Shown here: positions 11,701-24,727 of the stretch, one piece after another
How the letters are laid out: each line of letters starts with the position of its first letter
Numbering within the stretch: position 1 is the stretch's first letter
Source of the DNA: Vermamoeba vermiformis
Lineage: Eukaryota
Reading direction: 5' to 3'
Length of the DNA: 64,000 nucleotides
Assembly (NCBI GenBank): GCA_045837725.1
Contig: JBEWZL010000006.1
Span: 186,001-250,000 of the forward strand
Made by a program: the position numbers and the translations under genes
Notes under the pieces: generated by a model
Told to the model about the DNA's origin: nothing
What the model saw: the letters and a program-made list of their open reading frames with translations, nothing else
Databases searched by the model: none

Positions 11701-13552
11701 GATGAATCGAACATTTCTTCACGTAAGTTGGCTCTGAATAACCACCGAGCTCGTCAACATCACCGCACAAATGGAAGTGAACGGGATAACTGCACAAATA
11801 AACTATCAACATCAAATATTTGTGTATTCTCGAGTATAAATGTGGCTCGTACCTTCCAAGAATTTGTTGTCCCATTTTGTAAAACTCGACGCCTTCAATA
11901 TGCACGTTCTTGAATCCCATCATAGCCTTCATATGACCGCCAAACAAATCAATGTCGCCAGGAATATACGCACATTCAGTCATTCCGTAGCAATGATCTT
12001 CAACTTCACCGCGAATCACAATGTTGCGCGTCAAAAGTCCCACTTCACCTCGCTCATCCACGCAATCGGTGATTTCTCCCCAGTGCATGTACTTTGGCTG
12101 AGCTGATAATTTGACTTGTTTGGACGTGCACTCGGGACACTCAATCAAAGTAGCTTCTTCCGATTGATATGGACTGAAATCAGTCGAGGCCAGCACAATC
12201 TAAAGAAGGTACATTAGCAAATGCTAAACCAATAAATTTGTAAATTATGAAGGTACCTTGTCGCCAGCCTTCCAAGAAACATCGTCCAATAAATTGATAA
12301 TGACTGTATCGACAAAGATTTGACTTTCAATTTTAATAAATAGGCCGTCATTAGCACCACCAGATTGCACGCCAACGTGAAAAACGGATCCGTCACCTAA
12401 AGAAATTTTTTAGCCATTTCTAGCTATTCGTTTCATTCAATACTTACTTAGTGTGAAATTTCGGGTAATAAACTCGCTTGGACCGTTGCCAGCAGCGCTG
12501 TAACTTTCAACAGCAGTGCCTCCCTTGACACCGATAATCGCATACGAGTCTCTGTAATCGCGACTGCTTATCTTAGTGGCACCCCAAGCTTGCATAGTTG
12601 CAAAGTATTGGCTTGACATTACGCTGTTGAAGTTTGTGGCATCGTAAACAGCTGCGGCCATAATTGTTCCGCTGGCTTGTGCATTCATGAAATTGATAAA
12701 CTCGGTCTCAACATCACTTCCAAGAATAAAATCGAATACTTTCTTAGCGATTTTAGCGCCATTTTGATCGAATACTGAATAAAAATAGTGTTAACCAAAA
12801 AAGGAAATACATTTTCAGAGAACGGGGAATGCTTCAGAATCCACGACTTACAAACCACGTTTAAACCACGATCCATAGGCGTAGTAATATTAACAGCACC
12901 ATTACTAACGCTTGAATGTACCGTCTTGGTCAATTTAGTCCACGAAGGCGACGGATCTTTTCCGTGCAGCTCGAGTGTACCTCCTTCAGATACACCCATA
13001 AATTTTCTTCCAAATCCATCAACATAAACTGCCTCGCCTATTTTTCCGATCAAAGTAATCGTTGCTTTACTTTCGAACTGGCAATCTTCGCTACCAATAT
13101 CAAGTCGACCTGTATTTAAATCATCATGTTAATATTTATTAATAATTGTATTATATTGTTAGACCCGAATATGTTTATGATATTTACCCGCAATAAGGAT
13201 GTAGCCTGTTCGAATTTCATAATTGCCAGCTGGAGACCAAACGAGTTGCCCGCCATTTTCAATAGTTATTGAGCCTAGATCCGGAGGAGAAGTGTCCAAT
13301 AATATTTTCTTGCCATTAGGAATGACCACATTAGCACCCGCTAGCAATTAATTAATTTATCTTCGTTGGATCCGAAAATTGTAAATAATTGCCTGCTGAC
13401 TTGTACATACCTGACGGAAGTATTCCTTGAGGCCATGTGTTGGAGTTACTCCACGGATCAAGTCCACTAATTAAATGAGGACATTCAGCGAGTACGGACC
13501 CAAATCCAACAACAGTTGCCAAGAAACTGACCAATAATGGCGTCAATTTCAT
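8771..13552 (-). CDS. G8-domain / GG(ILEI) / beta-helix protein, TMEM2-CEMIP-like, with GPI-like tail
   Basis: Signal peptide; G8 domain (VVIPNGKKILLD...GGTLELHG); LASTDF; VDERGEVGLLTRNI; GQQILGRYPVHFH; GHCMFLEDG; RGFEFYDGP; FCSTEGCE. The last exon has GCDG...DKCGVCNGSGSGC and a hydrophobic end with TAA at 8771. Confidence 0.9.
9246..9252 (-). terminator. T7 run, putative Pol III terminator of the intronic RNA
   Basis: AAAAAAA on the + strand, about 10 nt past the 3' strand of the terminal helix. Confidence 0.4.
9261..9499 (-). ncRNA. Unidentified structured RNA candidate inside intron 9208-9675
   Basis: The 5' and 3' ends pair, there are three internal helices whose G-U pairs work only on the minus strand, and a T7 run lies just downstream (9246-9252). 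Confidence 0.55.
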
Positions 13553-13711
13553 GTTAATGGCTAAATAATAAATATATAAGATGTGGTCTTAGCAAAAGAG
13601 AACTAATTAATGCAACTTTTGCCAACGAACGAATGTTCGGGAACGGTCCTCGGGAACAAAAATTAGAAATTTTTTTAGTCCATTGATATGCTTATAATTT
13701 AATAGAAAACC

Positions 13712-14730
13712 ATGTCTCCATATATTACCTTCGACTTGATATTCGTACCCGTGTTCTTTTTGTGGTATTTATTGCCTAAAGTGAGTTCTATCGATCTGCA
13801 ATTTCATCCGGTGACAACGATTGTTTGGATACTATGGATTCCTTTCCATATGTTCTTATTGATCTGGATTGTAAAATTAATATACGGAACACCAAAAGAA
13901 TCCGAACCCTCTCCCAAAGCAGAGAAGAAAAATACAGACAATAAAGCTGCCGTTGTTGTAGCGCAAGGTAATAATATATAAATTTTACCAATATTTACTA
14001 TAAGCATATTATTAATTTTTAAGATATTCTAATGAGAATACTAAATTTTAGTATCATAGTTAAAAATTCATTTCGTAACAGATCGAGTATCATGTCAATA
14101 CAAACGCTGTTAATTACCTGGCGATCATAAGAATATTATTAATAGCTTCGTTTTATAGGCACTTTGACTCGTACACTGCATTTGCTCACTGTGGGCACTA
14201 GTTTCATGTTGGTTAATGTAATGGGCCATTATTCATTCTTGCCTCAAGTTGGATACGGCCTCATTGCCCTTGGATTGATCTTTGTAAGTTATATGTAATA
14301 ATTAATATTGACAAATCTTCTACGGCTGTTTGGGACAAATTTCTGACACTTCACTTTTCGGATCAGATCGTTGTTGCTCGCTTGACTCTTGGAGCTCAAT
14401 GGAGAGGCAGACCTGAAATTAGATCTGACCACAAATTAATTATATCGGGGTATGTTAAATGAAATTAATAGCCGAGGTCTCGATTCTAATCCGATCTTCC
14501 GCAGAATCTACTCTGTAGTTCGTCATCCGATCTATTCAGGGTTAATATTCATGTCATTTGGCACTGCTATGGTTGCAGGTAGCTTAATATCGTACGTGAT
14601 GGCTTGGGTAACGACGCTCGCGTACTTGATCAAGTTGCAGACCGAAGAATCAATCCTCATCGCTCAATTTGGCAGACGATACGTTGAATATCAGAGAAGT
14701 ACTAGAGCTATCATTCCTTACTTTTTTTAA
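13712..14730 (+). CDS. ICMT/PEMT-family (isoprenylcysteine/phospholipid methyltransferase-like) membrane protein
   Basis: Hydrophobic exons; ARLTLGAQW...HKLIISG|IYSVVRHPIYSG...EESILIAQFGRRYVEYQRSTRAIIPY. Confidence 0.8.
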
Positions 14731-14870
14731 CCTGTATATATGAACCTATTCGAATAAAACTTTGACAAGAAAATTCGAAACATGAAATTTTGGGCTGTGG
14801 TCCGTGCTTTTTGTGTTATTTTTATGTAAATGTAACAACAACTATTCATGATGGCATAACAAGCATTAAT

Positions 14871-17800
14871 ATGGATGAAGTATTCACGCTAAATGATCAG
14901 GAGACGTCTGATCACTCAGAATTCGGGATCGCAGATGAAAAACACTCGATGGTCACCGAGTATCCAAATAATGGTATAATAATTATTTACGATTTTTTTA
15001 AAAATATTTAGCAATGCTATATCGCAAACCAAGGCGGATCGTAATTTAAAAATTGAAAAATAAATTCCGAATCGCTAAATTTGAGTTAATAGATCCGCTG
15101 AGCGAAAAATTACGATTGGTTGAAGAAGAAAATGAAAGGCTACGAAGTAATATGAAAAAATTAAAAAAGAGGATGATCCAAACGAGTCAAATGGTGCAGC
15201 TTTATACTAACGCTCAAGACCGTAATTATTTATGTTTATTTTTAATAATTATTCTTACTTATTAAAATCAGATCTGCAACAATCTGTGCAACGAGAATTC
15301 GAGGCCCAAAAACAGATCGAAGCACTGCGGCACCAAGTCGAAGAATTAATTGTCTTATCTCAACCCCAAGTCGAACGACTTTCAACACTCGAGAGTGAAA
15401 ACGAACGATTGAACACCCTCGTAGTAGAAAAGGACATCCAGATCAAGTCCAAAGAAGTACGAGAAAATAACCTTTATCGCATAATTAGATACATTATTTA
15501 ATATGATATTAATATTGGTATATTCTAGAGCCTTATCAATCAACTTAAAGCGGAGGCACTAAAAGCAGAAGAATTGGCGCAAATGGAAAAACACCTCGAG
15601 AACACTACGAAAGAAGCAGAAGTGCTCAAAAAAGAAATTAAACTCAAGTACGACAAAACACTTGCATATATTATATACACTATTAATATCTCGGGTACCA
15701 ATTGCAAATTCTAATTTTTTTGTCACAGAACGGTCCAGTACAGAAAATGGGCTGCAAAAACAGAAACGCTTGACGCGCAAATCAAAGAGGAACAAGCCAA
15801 AATAGCGGAGTTAGAAAAGATATTAGCGAATAGAAAAGAACCGAATGCGATTGAACGAGAGATATTACGCTTGCAATACAGCATTGAAGACCGAGATCGT
15901 GTCATTTGCGAGCGCGAACGCGAAATTTCAGTGAAAGCCGAAGAAATTGAACAGCTAAAGGTAACTTAATATTATTTATTTTCCGCCTAAAGATCTCGTA
16001 ATGACCTTGTTTTTGCAGTCTGAATTAGAACAAACTAAAATCTTGTTACACCAAGCGCAGGAAGAAGCGAAACAGAAGCAAGAAAACTATGAGATGAAAA
16101 TTATTCGCGTAAGTTATTCAAATGAAAATTCAATTTAATGGCTCTAAAAAAATTTTGATTAGCTCGAACAACGGTTGAAAGTGAAGCGACATGAGAATTC
16201 AACGCCTCATACAAACATTAATAATAATATTAATCACGAGGAAGATGTCCTTCAAATGCCTATTCACAAGCCTATTGAAGCACCAACTGAATTAGCCAAT
16301 CATTCCATGGATATTTCGAACCGTAATAGTTCCCTGATGGATGAAATTTTTGGATCCGATGTTATTATGGAAGATGAAACCAGCGATAACACCGAACAAC
16401 AAAATGAAAATTCAGTCGCTGAATTGAGTCCTGACAGCAGCACTCAAATGACTGACGTTACTGAAATTGTTGAGGAAGGAACAATAGCGCCGTCGAAAAA
16501 ACCTCGATCGACTCTCTCTAAACAACCCGATGAAACTGAAGCTGAACGTAAGTGCCACTTCATAATAGCATATAGAAATACTTAAATATCAACTTTGTTT
16601 TATTAGACGTGGAAAGAGTGGTGTCATCTTTTCTCGGCTTCACGCCGTTAAATCACACCTATTTGCAAGCGAGCAGACATTTGAAGAACTACACGAGCGA
16701 AGATATCGCGAAGACTCTCTTTCACGCACTTGAACAGAAAATTGAAACGTCGGATGATATTATTAACTACAAACGGACTCTTTTCTTGGCCTCGCATCTG
16801 ACCAAAGCTAAGGTATGATTACTGAGTTTACTCGTCACTCTTTACATATTAATGACTGTCCTATTTTAGCCTGGCTTCTTGGATATTTTAACCGAATTGA
16901 TCCATTCCGAAGTACTCGCAAATTTCAAATTGCAATTCAGGTCAGTAACGGACAATACTATTTTAAATCGAATAATAATTAATTTTTATTAGTGAGCTAT
17001 TCTTCAATATCGCAACAGTGACGCATCAATATCATTTTATCTACGAAATAGCGTTTAATTGGCTCGCTCAGCAATCGTCACTCGAAAACCCAACCATGTT
17101 GCGGCTCGCCGTTAAATTTTTGCCGCTGCCAAAGAGATTACTAGCAGATGAAAAGAATCAACATAGTGACGACAACGAGGACTTAACTGAATCTCTCTTT
17201 TGGACTCTTTGTATAATTGTATATAGAAACGAAATTGAGGACTTAAAGGACGAGGTAACTTTGCAAAAATTTACCGAGCTCGTGAAACTGAACCATTTTA
17301 TCGATAGATTTCCAAAAAAGGCAATCCCAAAGTAGAGATTGATGTCGATAAGGAAGAAGACGACACTATCTTCAAAATTTTAGAATTGATGGTCGAGCCA
17401 AGTTCAACGCAGTTTTATGCAATGGTTCTAGAATGCGTTATCAAGTTTGGCGGTCAACAGATCTTGTCGAAGATTTTGGCTAACGCGTGCAAACTGACCG
17501 AGACTAATGCCGATCCTGAAGTACAAAAGGCTTTTCATAGCATTTTGAAGACTATTTTAACGAAGAACACGTTCTTGTTCAAGTTTCATAGGAGTAAGTC
17601 ACATCCAGATCTTTTCGTCCGTTACACAAACTTAAATCGAATTATAATATCCAACTATACGTATCATATGCATCCATTATATAATTATTAATCATTTATC
17701 AATAGAACTGCCGTTTTGGTTGCAACTGATCGTGGCGCAAGTCCTGGTAGAAAATATTATCGACGCAGACGACAACTACGAAATATTTGTGCAACGATTA

Positions 17801-17905
17801 TCGCTTTGGCGCGAATTTTTAGACGAAGAACAAAAGAATAGCATTCCTGAAGAGCTGCTGAACTACTTGAACGTGGTCGAAAACTTTGTACAAAAGAAGT
17901 ACTGA
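14871..17905 (+). CDS. Hypothetical multi-exon protein, N-terminal coiled coil + helical C-terminus
   Basis: Chain of GT-AG-joined exons with E/K/Q-rich heptads (15090-16170), an acidic linker and a helical C-terminal region ending TGA at 17905. Confidence 0.6.
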
Positions 17906-18245
17906 ACAGAGTCGACTTGTATATAAACTGTTGAGTACTCAAAAGACCCTAAAAAGCTGGAGTATGCAGGAATTAAGGCCAATTGTTAATCGGAACCACA
18001 TCCTGATCCTGCTCGCTGCGATCTGCCCAATACTCTCGACTTTATCTTTACTCGACTTCAGGTCATCATTGCTAAGATAATATGCAGATTAATTTCATGG
18101 AGGGAGCGATATGGTTTGTGCGTAGTTAAATTTCAGTCGTTATTAATTTTTGAATTATTGACCACACTCCAAGGGTCATTTATTATTTACCAACCGAACC
18201 TATTATTGTACTTTTATTATAATTATTTATTTGTAACCGTAAACC

Positions 18246-19653
18246 ATGTCTGATAACGAAGAAAACAACAGCCAAGAAGAGATTCAAGACGAGAATCCGG
18301 AAGAGTCTCCAGCAAGCCAAGAAGAGCCTGAAGATAACGATGACGCAGCAGTAGAATCACGTGATAGAGTCGCTGAATTAAATGGCAGCCCCAGAGAACG
18401 CGCATCTTCGTTAGCTAAAAGAAGGATGAGCTCTCCTAACGTCAAGGAAGGTTTCCAAACTACAGAAGGTGAAGAAGGAGATGATGTAGGTGAGGAAGAA
18501 GACGAAGATACAATTGTCCTCAAAGTTGGAATGATTGGAGATTCGGCTATTGGTAAAACTTCGCTGATGGTGAAATACGTGGAAAATACATTCGATGAGG
18601 ATTATGTATCTACATTAGGTAACGATAATATTAGCATTATAATGATAATTGACGTTATTACAAATTAATTTTAATTGGAAGATTTTTATGACAATTTCAA
18701 TTCTCAAGACTAAATTTATTGAGCGGCTTATTAATACCCCTATTAATTATAATAAAATACTAGGTGTCAATTTCCTCGAGAAAGTAGTCGAAGTCAAGGA
18801 CACGAAAGTCACATTCAGCATTTGGGATTTGGGAGGTGCGTTGACGTTACATTGCAGTCTTAAGAACTCATAGCTTATTTAATAATATTACTTAGGTCAC
18901 AGAGAATTTCTTAATATGTTACCATTAGTTTGTAACGAAGCTGCTGCATTTTTATTTATGTTCGATCTGACTCGTCTCAACACATTAAACTCTTTGAAAG
19001 AATGGTACAGGCAAGCCCGTGGATTCAATAAGGTACGCTTTAATTAGCATAGTATATTTTTATTCTTAATTTATCGGATCTCGTTCGATAAGTGCGCAAC
19101 ATTTTTGTTTTCGAATGCTAGCTATATTTAGCAAAAATTAATATAGCTAATTATTTTTGTTATTTTTAGACTGCTATTCCTATTCTTATTGGTACAAAAT
19201 ACGATCAATTTGCAAACTTTGATTATGACACACAAGAAGAGATTACGGAAGCTGTAAGTAACACGCATATTAATATTTCAATTTGCAACGCATCGATTTT
19301 TACTAATGGACACGCCTTATTCAATATTACTATAGTATAATTGATACTACTATTATTGATATTTTTTAAATTGTTGAAAAAAGTACGGATCCGATCGCGA
19401 TCGGAAGTCAAATTTGAACAATGCCACCGAGTTACCATCCTATGATATTATAAGAATATCGTATAATAACACGCGTTCTATTATTTAGGCTCGTAAATTC
19501 GCTAAAGCAATGAACGCCCCGCTATTGTTCTGCAGCTCAAGTCATTCGATCAATGTACAAAAAATATTCAAAATTGTCATGGCCAAATGTTTCAATTTGA
19601 AGCTGAAGATTCCTAAAATTTCCAAAATTGGCGATCCTATCATCGAGTATTAA
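18246..19653 (+). CDS. spg1: Spg1/Tem1-family small GTPase (SIN/MEN)
   Basis: Acidic N-terminus, then [21 protein letters not shown]...TLGVNF...[19 protein letters not shown]...FMFDL...[18 protein letters not shown]...[12 protein letters not shown]...[12 protein letters not shown]. Confidence 0.9.
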
Positions 19654-20226
19654 TATGTCAACGACCGGCCTGACTGAACGATTTTTTTTTGTAGCAAAGT
19701 AGATCAAGCTAAGGTTGGTCTACTTGCTTTGTAATTAATTAAACCACCCTTATTTATGCTAACACTATTCAATTGTTGTAAAACTAACAGCTAGTAAGCA
19801 CAGCTTGCTTCAATCAGTTCCGATGCGGGATAAGCTAATTATACCATTTTGTCGAATTTACTCACCGATACGATAAGACAACACCATGCGACTCTATCTT
19901 ATGGTCGCTCTTTGCAAAATTATTTTAATTCAACTGAAACAACGAAGCTTAAAACAAGTGATTCTCTCCGTCGATTTGTTTTTGTAAACGTTACTAGCTT
20001 CACGCAATCAACACTTATGACATCCGGGCAAGATCCAAGGCTGGGTAGCTCTGGTAGAGTCTAGTGCTAAGTGTAATGTTGCAAACGGATAAGATCAATG
20101 TTTACGTAGTCAGTGTTGATGATGAAATATCATGTTCTCGAAAAAATAACAGAAACTCTTTATTTTTACAGTTGAACGCTACAACGCACAATGAAACTTT
20201 GAAACTTAATTTGCAAACACGCAAGC

Positions 20227-22688
20227 ATGTCTATACTAATTTATGTTGCGTTAGAGAATACGCTTTGTGCATATGATGAGGAAATCATTCGACTTTTTGA
20301 AGAGAAACACAATCCAGCCCGCAAGAAGGATATAAAGCAACTACGATTTTCTAAATTAAAGGATAATTACAGAACCAACGAAAAGCCTCTTATTGAGCGA
20401 ATTCAATGCGAGGTATGTAAAATTAATATTAATTTAATTATTTTACTCGCCGTAGTCCGAACTTGGAACTTTCGTTAGTTCACGTAGTGGCCATATATAT
20501 ATTAATATTGTCAAAATTATAGAAAGGTGTTTGGGCCAATGTCAAGCCATACCCAGATGCGATCCGTTCCCTCAAAGGTATTTACAACCAATTTGCCTCC
20601 AATACGACTCAAATAACACTTTAATACAGAAATGAGAGCCTTTGGCATTGATGTTCGTATTATTACAACGCCCAAGATTCTATTAACAACCGGATCCAAC
20701 CCGTCACAACTTGACAGTGAAATTGCGTATAGTATGGCTGAGAAAATCAAATGGTATTGATACTACCAAATTAGCATAGCTGAGTGTTAACGGTCATACA
20801 TAGGGTCTACGATCAGTTTCACTCGCCGGAATGGACGAACCGGTTAATATTCACTACGGACAAAACTTTACTCCAAGGTGCGTCTACAAATACCTTAGTG
20901 ACTCGATAGCACGTGATTAATATGTAACAGGCGACTACTTGATCGATTGCGATCCGAATCCTGAATCAACGTATCAGTTACTTGGCAATGGCATCAGCAA
21001 CATGTGCTTCAAACCGACCTGGCAACACATCGTATTTGATCAGCCCTACAACAAATCAGTTGGTAAGTACTAGATACATGCTTACAAATTACTAATATTA
21101 CTACAGAGAATAAGACACGCTTGGACGAGTGGACGAGTTGGAAGACAGTTCTTGGCTTAGACAATATGCCTGGATTTGACACACGGAAGTTACAGTACTT
21201 CAATCACGGCTCGACCGATTCACTCGATGTTGACAGGTAATGGCAGGAAATACCTAAGCGTTTGCACGTGTAGATTAACAGTTCGCAACAGGTATTACTT
21301 GTTCCCGAAAATGCCGTCAGAGAAAGAGTGCCACATGTTTGTCGCGGGTGTTGAAGATGATCGCAATCCTATTGCCATGAATGAAGAGCTTGGTGTCATT
21401 TCGAACTGCTTCAAAGGTAAGCTGGGCAAAAACGCGTTCTGAGGTACGCTATTCTCGTTGCAAACTGGAGGCAAAATTTGCTAATCCGGCGATCAACCAA
21501 AGGCGCTGTAGTTAAGTGGTAAAATTCTTGCTTAGGGTGCAAGAGGCCCCGGTTCGATTCCGGGCAGCGCCCCACCAATTTTTTGCTTTTTTGCCTCCAA
21601 GCAACGTCTACCACCTACGGTCCCTCTATTGCAATAAGCAATCTTTGTTAGGAAATTCGTAACCTATCCTTTTGCCTTTTGTTATTTGCTACGTAAGAGA
21701 AACAATTCGAAAACTGATCCCTTTGTTAGGTTTTCCTGACGAGTGCAATAACGAAATGCTGCGCACGTACCCTCTGCACAAACAAGACTTCCCCTTACCA
21801 GTCAAGCGACCAGTCACGCGGTTAACACCAGTCAAGTTGCTGGGTGCGATCCGAAAACTGTTGGGCTTGTTTCACCGCGCAGTCGAATACACTGACATTA
21901 TCCATTCTACGCTGAAACAACCCTTCTTTGCTAAGCGCGTGGAACTCTTCAAAGAGATCGATTATGTCAAGTGCACTGGTCTCGACATCAAGCGATACAA
22001 GACAGCTGCAGCGCAAATGTGTCAAACGATTGCGTTGTTGCAAGGCGAAGAAGTCTTCACCAAGTCTGAATGCGCAGCGAAATTCCCGGACTTGAAGCCG
22101 TTCCTGTACCGCGAAGAAGAGTTCATGTTGAAGAACCTTCACATTCTCAACAAATACCGTGATGTGTTGGCGAGCCTCATAGACGGCGTAGACTTCGTGC
22201 AAAAGGACGACGTGTTGCTGTTCAGCTGCAAAAATCCTCAGCCAGGCAATCAGTTCCATTACCAGTCAAATGGACTCGTGGTCGAGTGCGAGAATCTCTG
22301 CATTGGCTATCCATTCGATAATTATCAGGCACCACTACCCGCTCGCCCTAGCTGGCTCAGACCCGAGCAAGAGTTCCCTATCACGCCATTGGTCGAAAAT
22401 AACAATGCAGCTCACTACTTCGTGTCAATCTATCAAATGGGTCGCAACACCAATTTGAAGTTCACTGGTCAAGACGCATTAGAGAACGAAACGATTACTC
22501 AAGTCAAGAATATATTTAAGAAGAATAGAACTCACCGATGGTTGAATTTCGAACGATTCACGTACATTTTTGAGCTGGTTGGATCTGACACCATTCACTT
22601 GGTTGGTATGCGATGTAAATACACTAACGAGCTTCAACCGCATGACGTCGTTAAAGAACTCAACACTAAGATACTATCCAACGCTTAA
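20227..22688 (+). CDS. 594-aa fusion: NT5C-like HAD domain + Pol-beta-type nucleotidyltransferase + degenerate Rnl1-like RNA ligase domain
   Basis: Eight exons (20227-20412, 20523-20577, 20630-20753, 20804-20877, 20931-21062, 21107-21236, 21292-21416, 21730-22688), all GT-AG, total 1785 nt in one stop-free frame. Motifs: EKIKWV...IFTTDKT...GDYLID...WQHIVFDQPYN; HGSTDSLDVD; GLVVE...GYPF; TYIFEL...LVGMR. Confidence 0.75.
21502..21572 (+). tRNA. tRNA-Pro(AGG), intronic
   Basis: GGCGCTG/CAGCGCC acceptor stem, CTTGC-TTAGGGT-GCAAG anticodon arm and CCCGG-TTCGATT-CCGGG T arm. Lies in intron 21417-21729. Confidence 0.95.
21579..21584 (+). terminator. T6 Pol III terminator of tRNA-Pro
   Basis: TTTTTT six nucleotides after the discriminator base. 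Confidence 0.7.
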
Positions 22689-22764
22689 GATGATATTGTA
22701 CATTCGTTGCTGATGTAAAATAAAAAAAATAAAAACGGATCCTACCATTTGAACACAACACAAA

Positions 22765-24379
22765 ATGGAGGCTAACACAAATGCTACAAAAGGACGTCCC
22801 AAGCTCAGTACGGGCGTATTACCGTTGTATGTATAAAAGAGCCAGCAGATTGAAAACGAACCAATTGAAAGACAGATTTGACTTACAAATACCTCGGTAA
22901 ATCTAATTATCGTTATAAAAATAGAAAATCATCGCCTTCAGTGGTAGAATGTAGTCCTTTTGACGATAGTGCCTCATTTATAGCTTACGGTAAGATCTGG
23001 TAGAAAAATATCTGAATAATCGAAACAGATTAATTTGCAAAAATATTTGGTTGATTAGTAGATGATATGCCTGTATAATAGAGCTATTAAAATATGAATA
23101 TTAATTTTTAAAATAAATTTTAGGCGGTAATGGTCACGTAACAGTCATGGAGCGCAATAAACAATCTTCAGTGGGCGAAAAGTACGCTAATACTTTACAT
23201 TATAATATATTAATTATGAATATATTAGCTGGGATATTCAATCAGTCGCAGAGTTACAGCACGAAAGTCGAGTTGACTGCATCTCGTGGTCACCATTAGC
23301 AAATTCGCAAAACAAGACAATATCGTACGTAATATAATGTATTTTACAAAGTATGCCTATTAATAATATTTTTCTCTTCTCAGTTTGGCAGCTGGTGGAT
23401 CTGACAAAAAAATCCGATTTTATTACAATTCATTCAGCACAAATGACTCGCAACACATCACACTCGAAGGACATACAAATTATATTAACTCTATTGCATG
23501 TGCACCTCTTTCACAAGGATTTTTAATTGCTAGTGTCAGCGGTACGTTCACGACGGGAAAAATCATTAGATCCCGTCACTTACAATCAATCGCTTTTCGA
23601 ATCCTTATTAATAATGACTATATATAGACGATCATAGTTGTAGAATATGGGACCTTGAAACGGGTCAAGACGTCAGTTCACTGTTATTAAAGTCACCAGG
23701 CGTTGCTGTCAAATGGCACAATCAAGTACACGACGAGGTACGACAAAAAAATTTTATTCCGTTAAATTTAATATAAGGTCTAACAGTATCGTTATTTTCG
23801 TTAGTTAATGGTGGCTGAGAAAGCTGGAGTAATTAAAATTTTTGATTTGAGAAGCGGAAAAGTCGCACTGTCATTGAACTGTCCTGAAAACCTCGTGCAA
23901 GTACGTAAAAAATCCAATTTTTTGCGAGGGTTAGGGTTTGAATAAATATTAACGGCAACAAATTGTTGTTTTGCAGGACGCAGACTGGAACACTATCAAT
24001 CCAGAATTTATCGGTGCTGCAGTTGGTGGTGACAAGTGGTACATTTGGGCGTGCAGTGGCTTGCGCCCTCAATTCTTGAAAGGTCCTGCACACACGCCTG
24101 GCATCCGAAGATTCCGCTGGTCGTTGGTGGATGAGAGCTGGTTTGCCACATCCGGCGGTCAAGCTGTTGTATCAATTTGGAACAAAGGACATCCTACTGT
24201 GCCTGTATCGTACGAGGGTTCATTCAGGTAATACCTCCTACTTGCCTAATTAGGAAAGTGGCACGTGGTTATTAACAAAAATCAATCTTAGGGCAACTGG
24301 TTTGAGTTGGATTTATGGCGAGCCTTATTTGTTAACTGGCGGCGATAGAAAATTACATTTTTGGATGTTTGGTGGATAA
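22765..24379 (+). CDS. NUP37: WD40 nucleoporin Nup37-like
   Basis: LEGHTNYINS...IASVSDDHSCRIWD...LKSPGVAVKWH...LMVAEKAGVIKIFD...DADW...GAAVGGDKWYIW matches the Nup37 pattern. Confidence 0.8.
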
Positions 24380-24413
24380 TAAACTAATTGAAATTTTCGT
24401 TTTTTGTTTGCAT

Positions 24414-24666
24414 CACAGCAAAAAATAAATCCCATCCTATCCAGTTGTAGTGAAACGAGCGTCGCAGCGGGCTGTAGTAAAAAGTGAAATTCTTATCCAA
24501 AAAACGTAGGGTGGTGACTAAAAAAATGATTCGTCCAATTTTCGACCAATGAAATCAAAGACCAAAAATCATTTTTTTAGTCACCTACTAACGGGACAAG
24601 TAGCCACATGTGTGCTAATCTGCACTACCAAAAAACGAGTTTGGACGGGATTTATTTTTTGCTGTG
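24414..24666. mobile_element. Non-autonomous DNA transposon (MITE), CAC...GTG ends
   Basis: Perfect 20-bp TIR CACAGCAAAAAATAAATCCC flanked by AT on both sides. Perfect internal 19-bp inverted repeat at 24513-24531 / 24567-24585. No ORF. Confidence 0.75.
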
Positions 24667-24727
24667 ATCATAAGATTTTTTTGACGTTATGCTAGCACAC
24701 ACGAGAATATATTTAAATAATCATGAA

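Noticed and set aside
19813-19826. 14-mer ATCAGTTCCGATGC shared with 59409-59422 (minus), with a 10-nt core in the intronic RNA
   Set aside because: Several chance 14-mer matches are expected in 64 kb on two strands, and the similarity does not extend.
21672-22688. Stand-alone 338-aa intronless gene from the ORF track
   Set aside because: It has a non-ATG start inside an intron, and 21730 onward splices in frame to upstream exons (NCFKG|FPDECNN).
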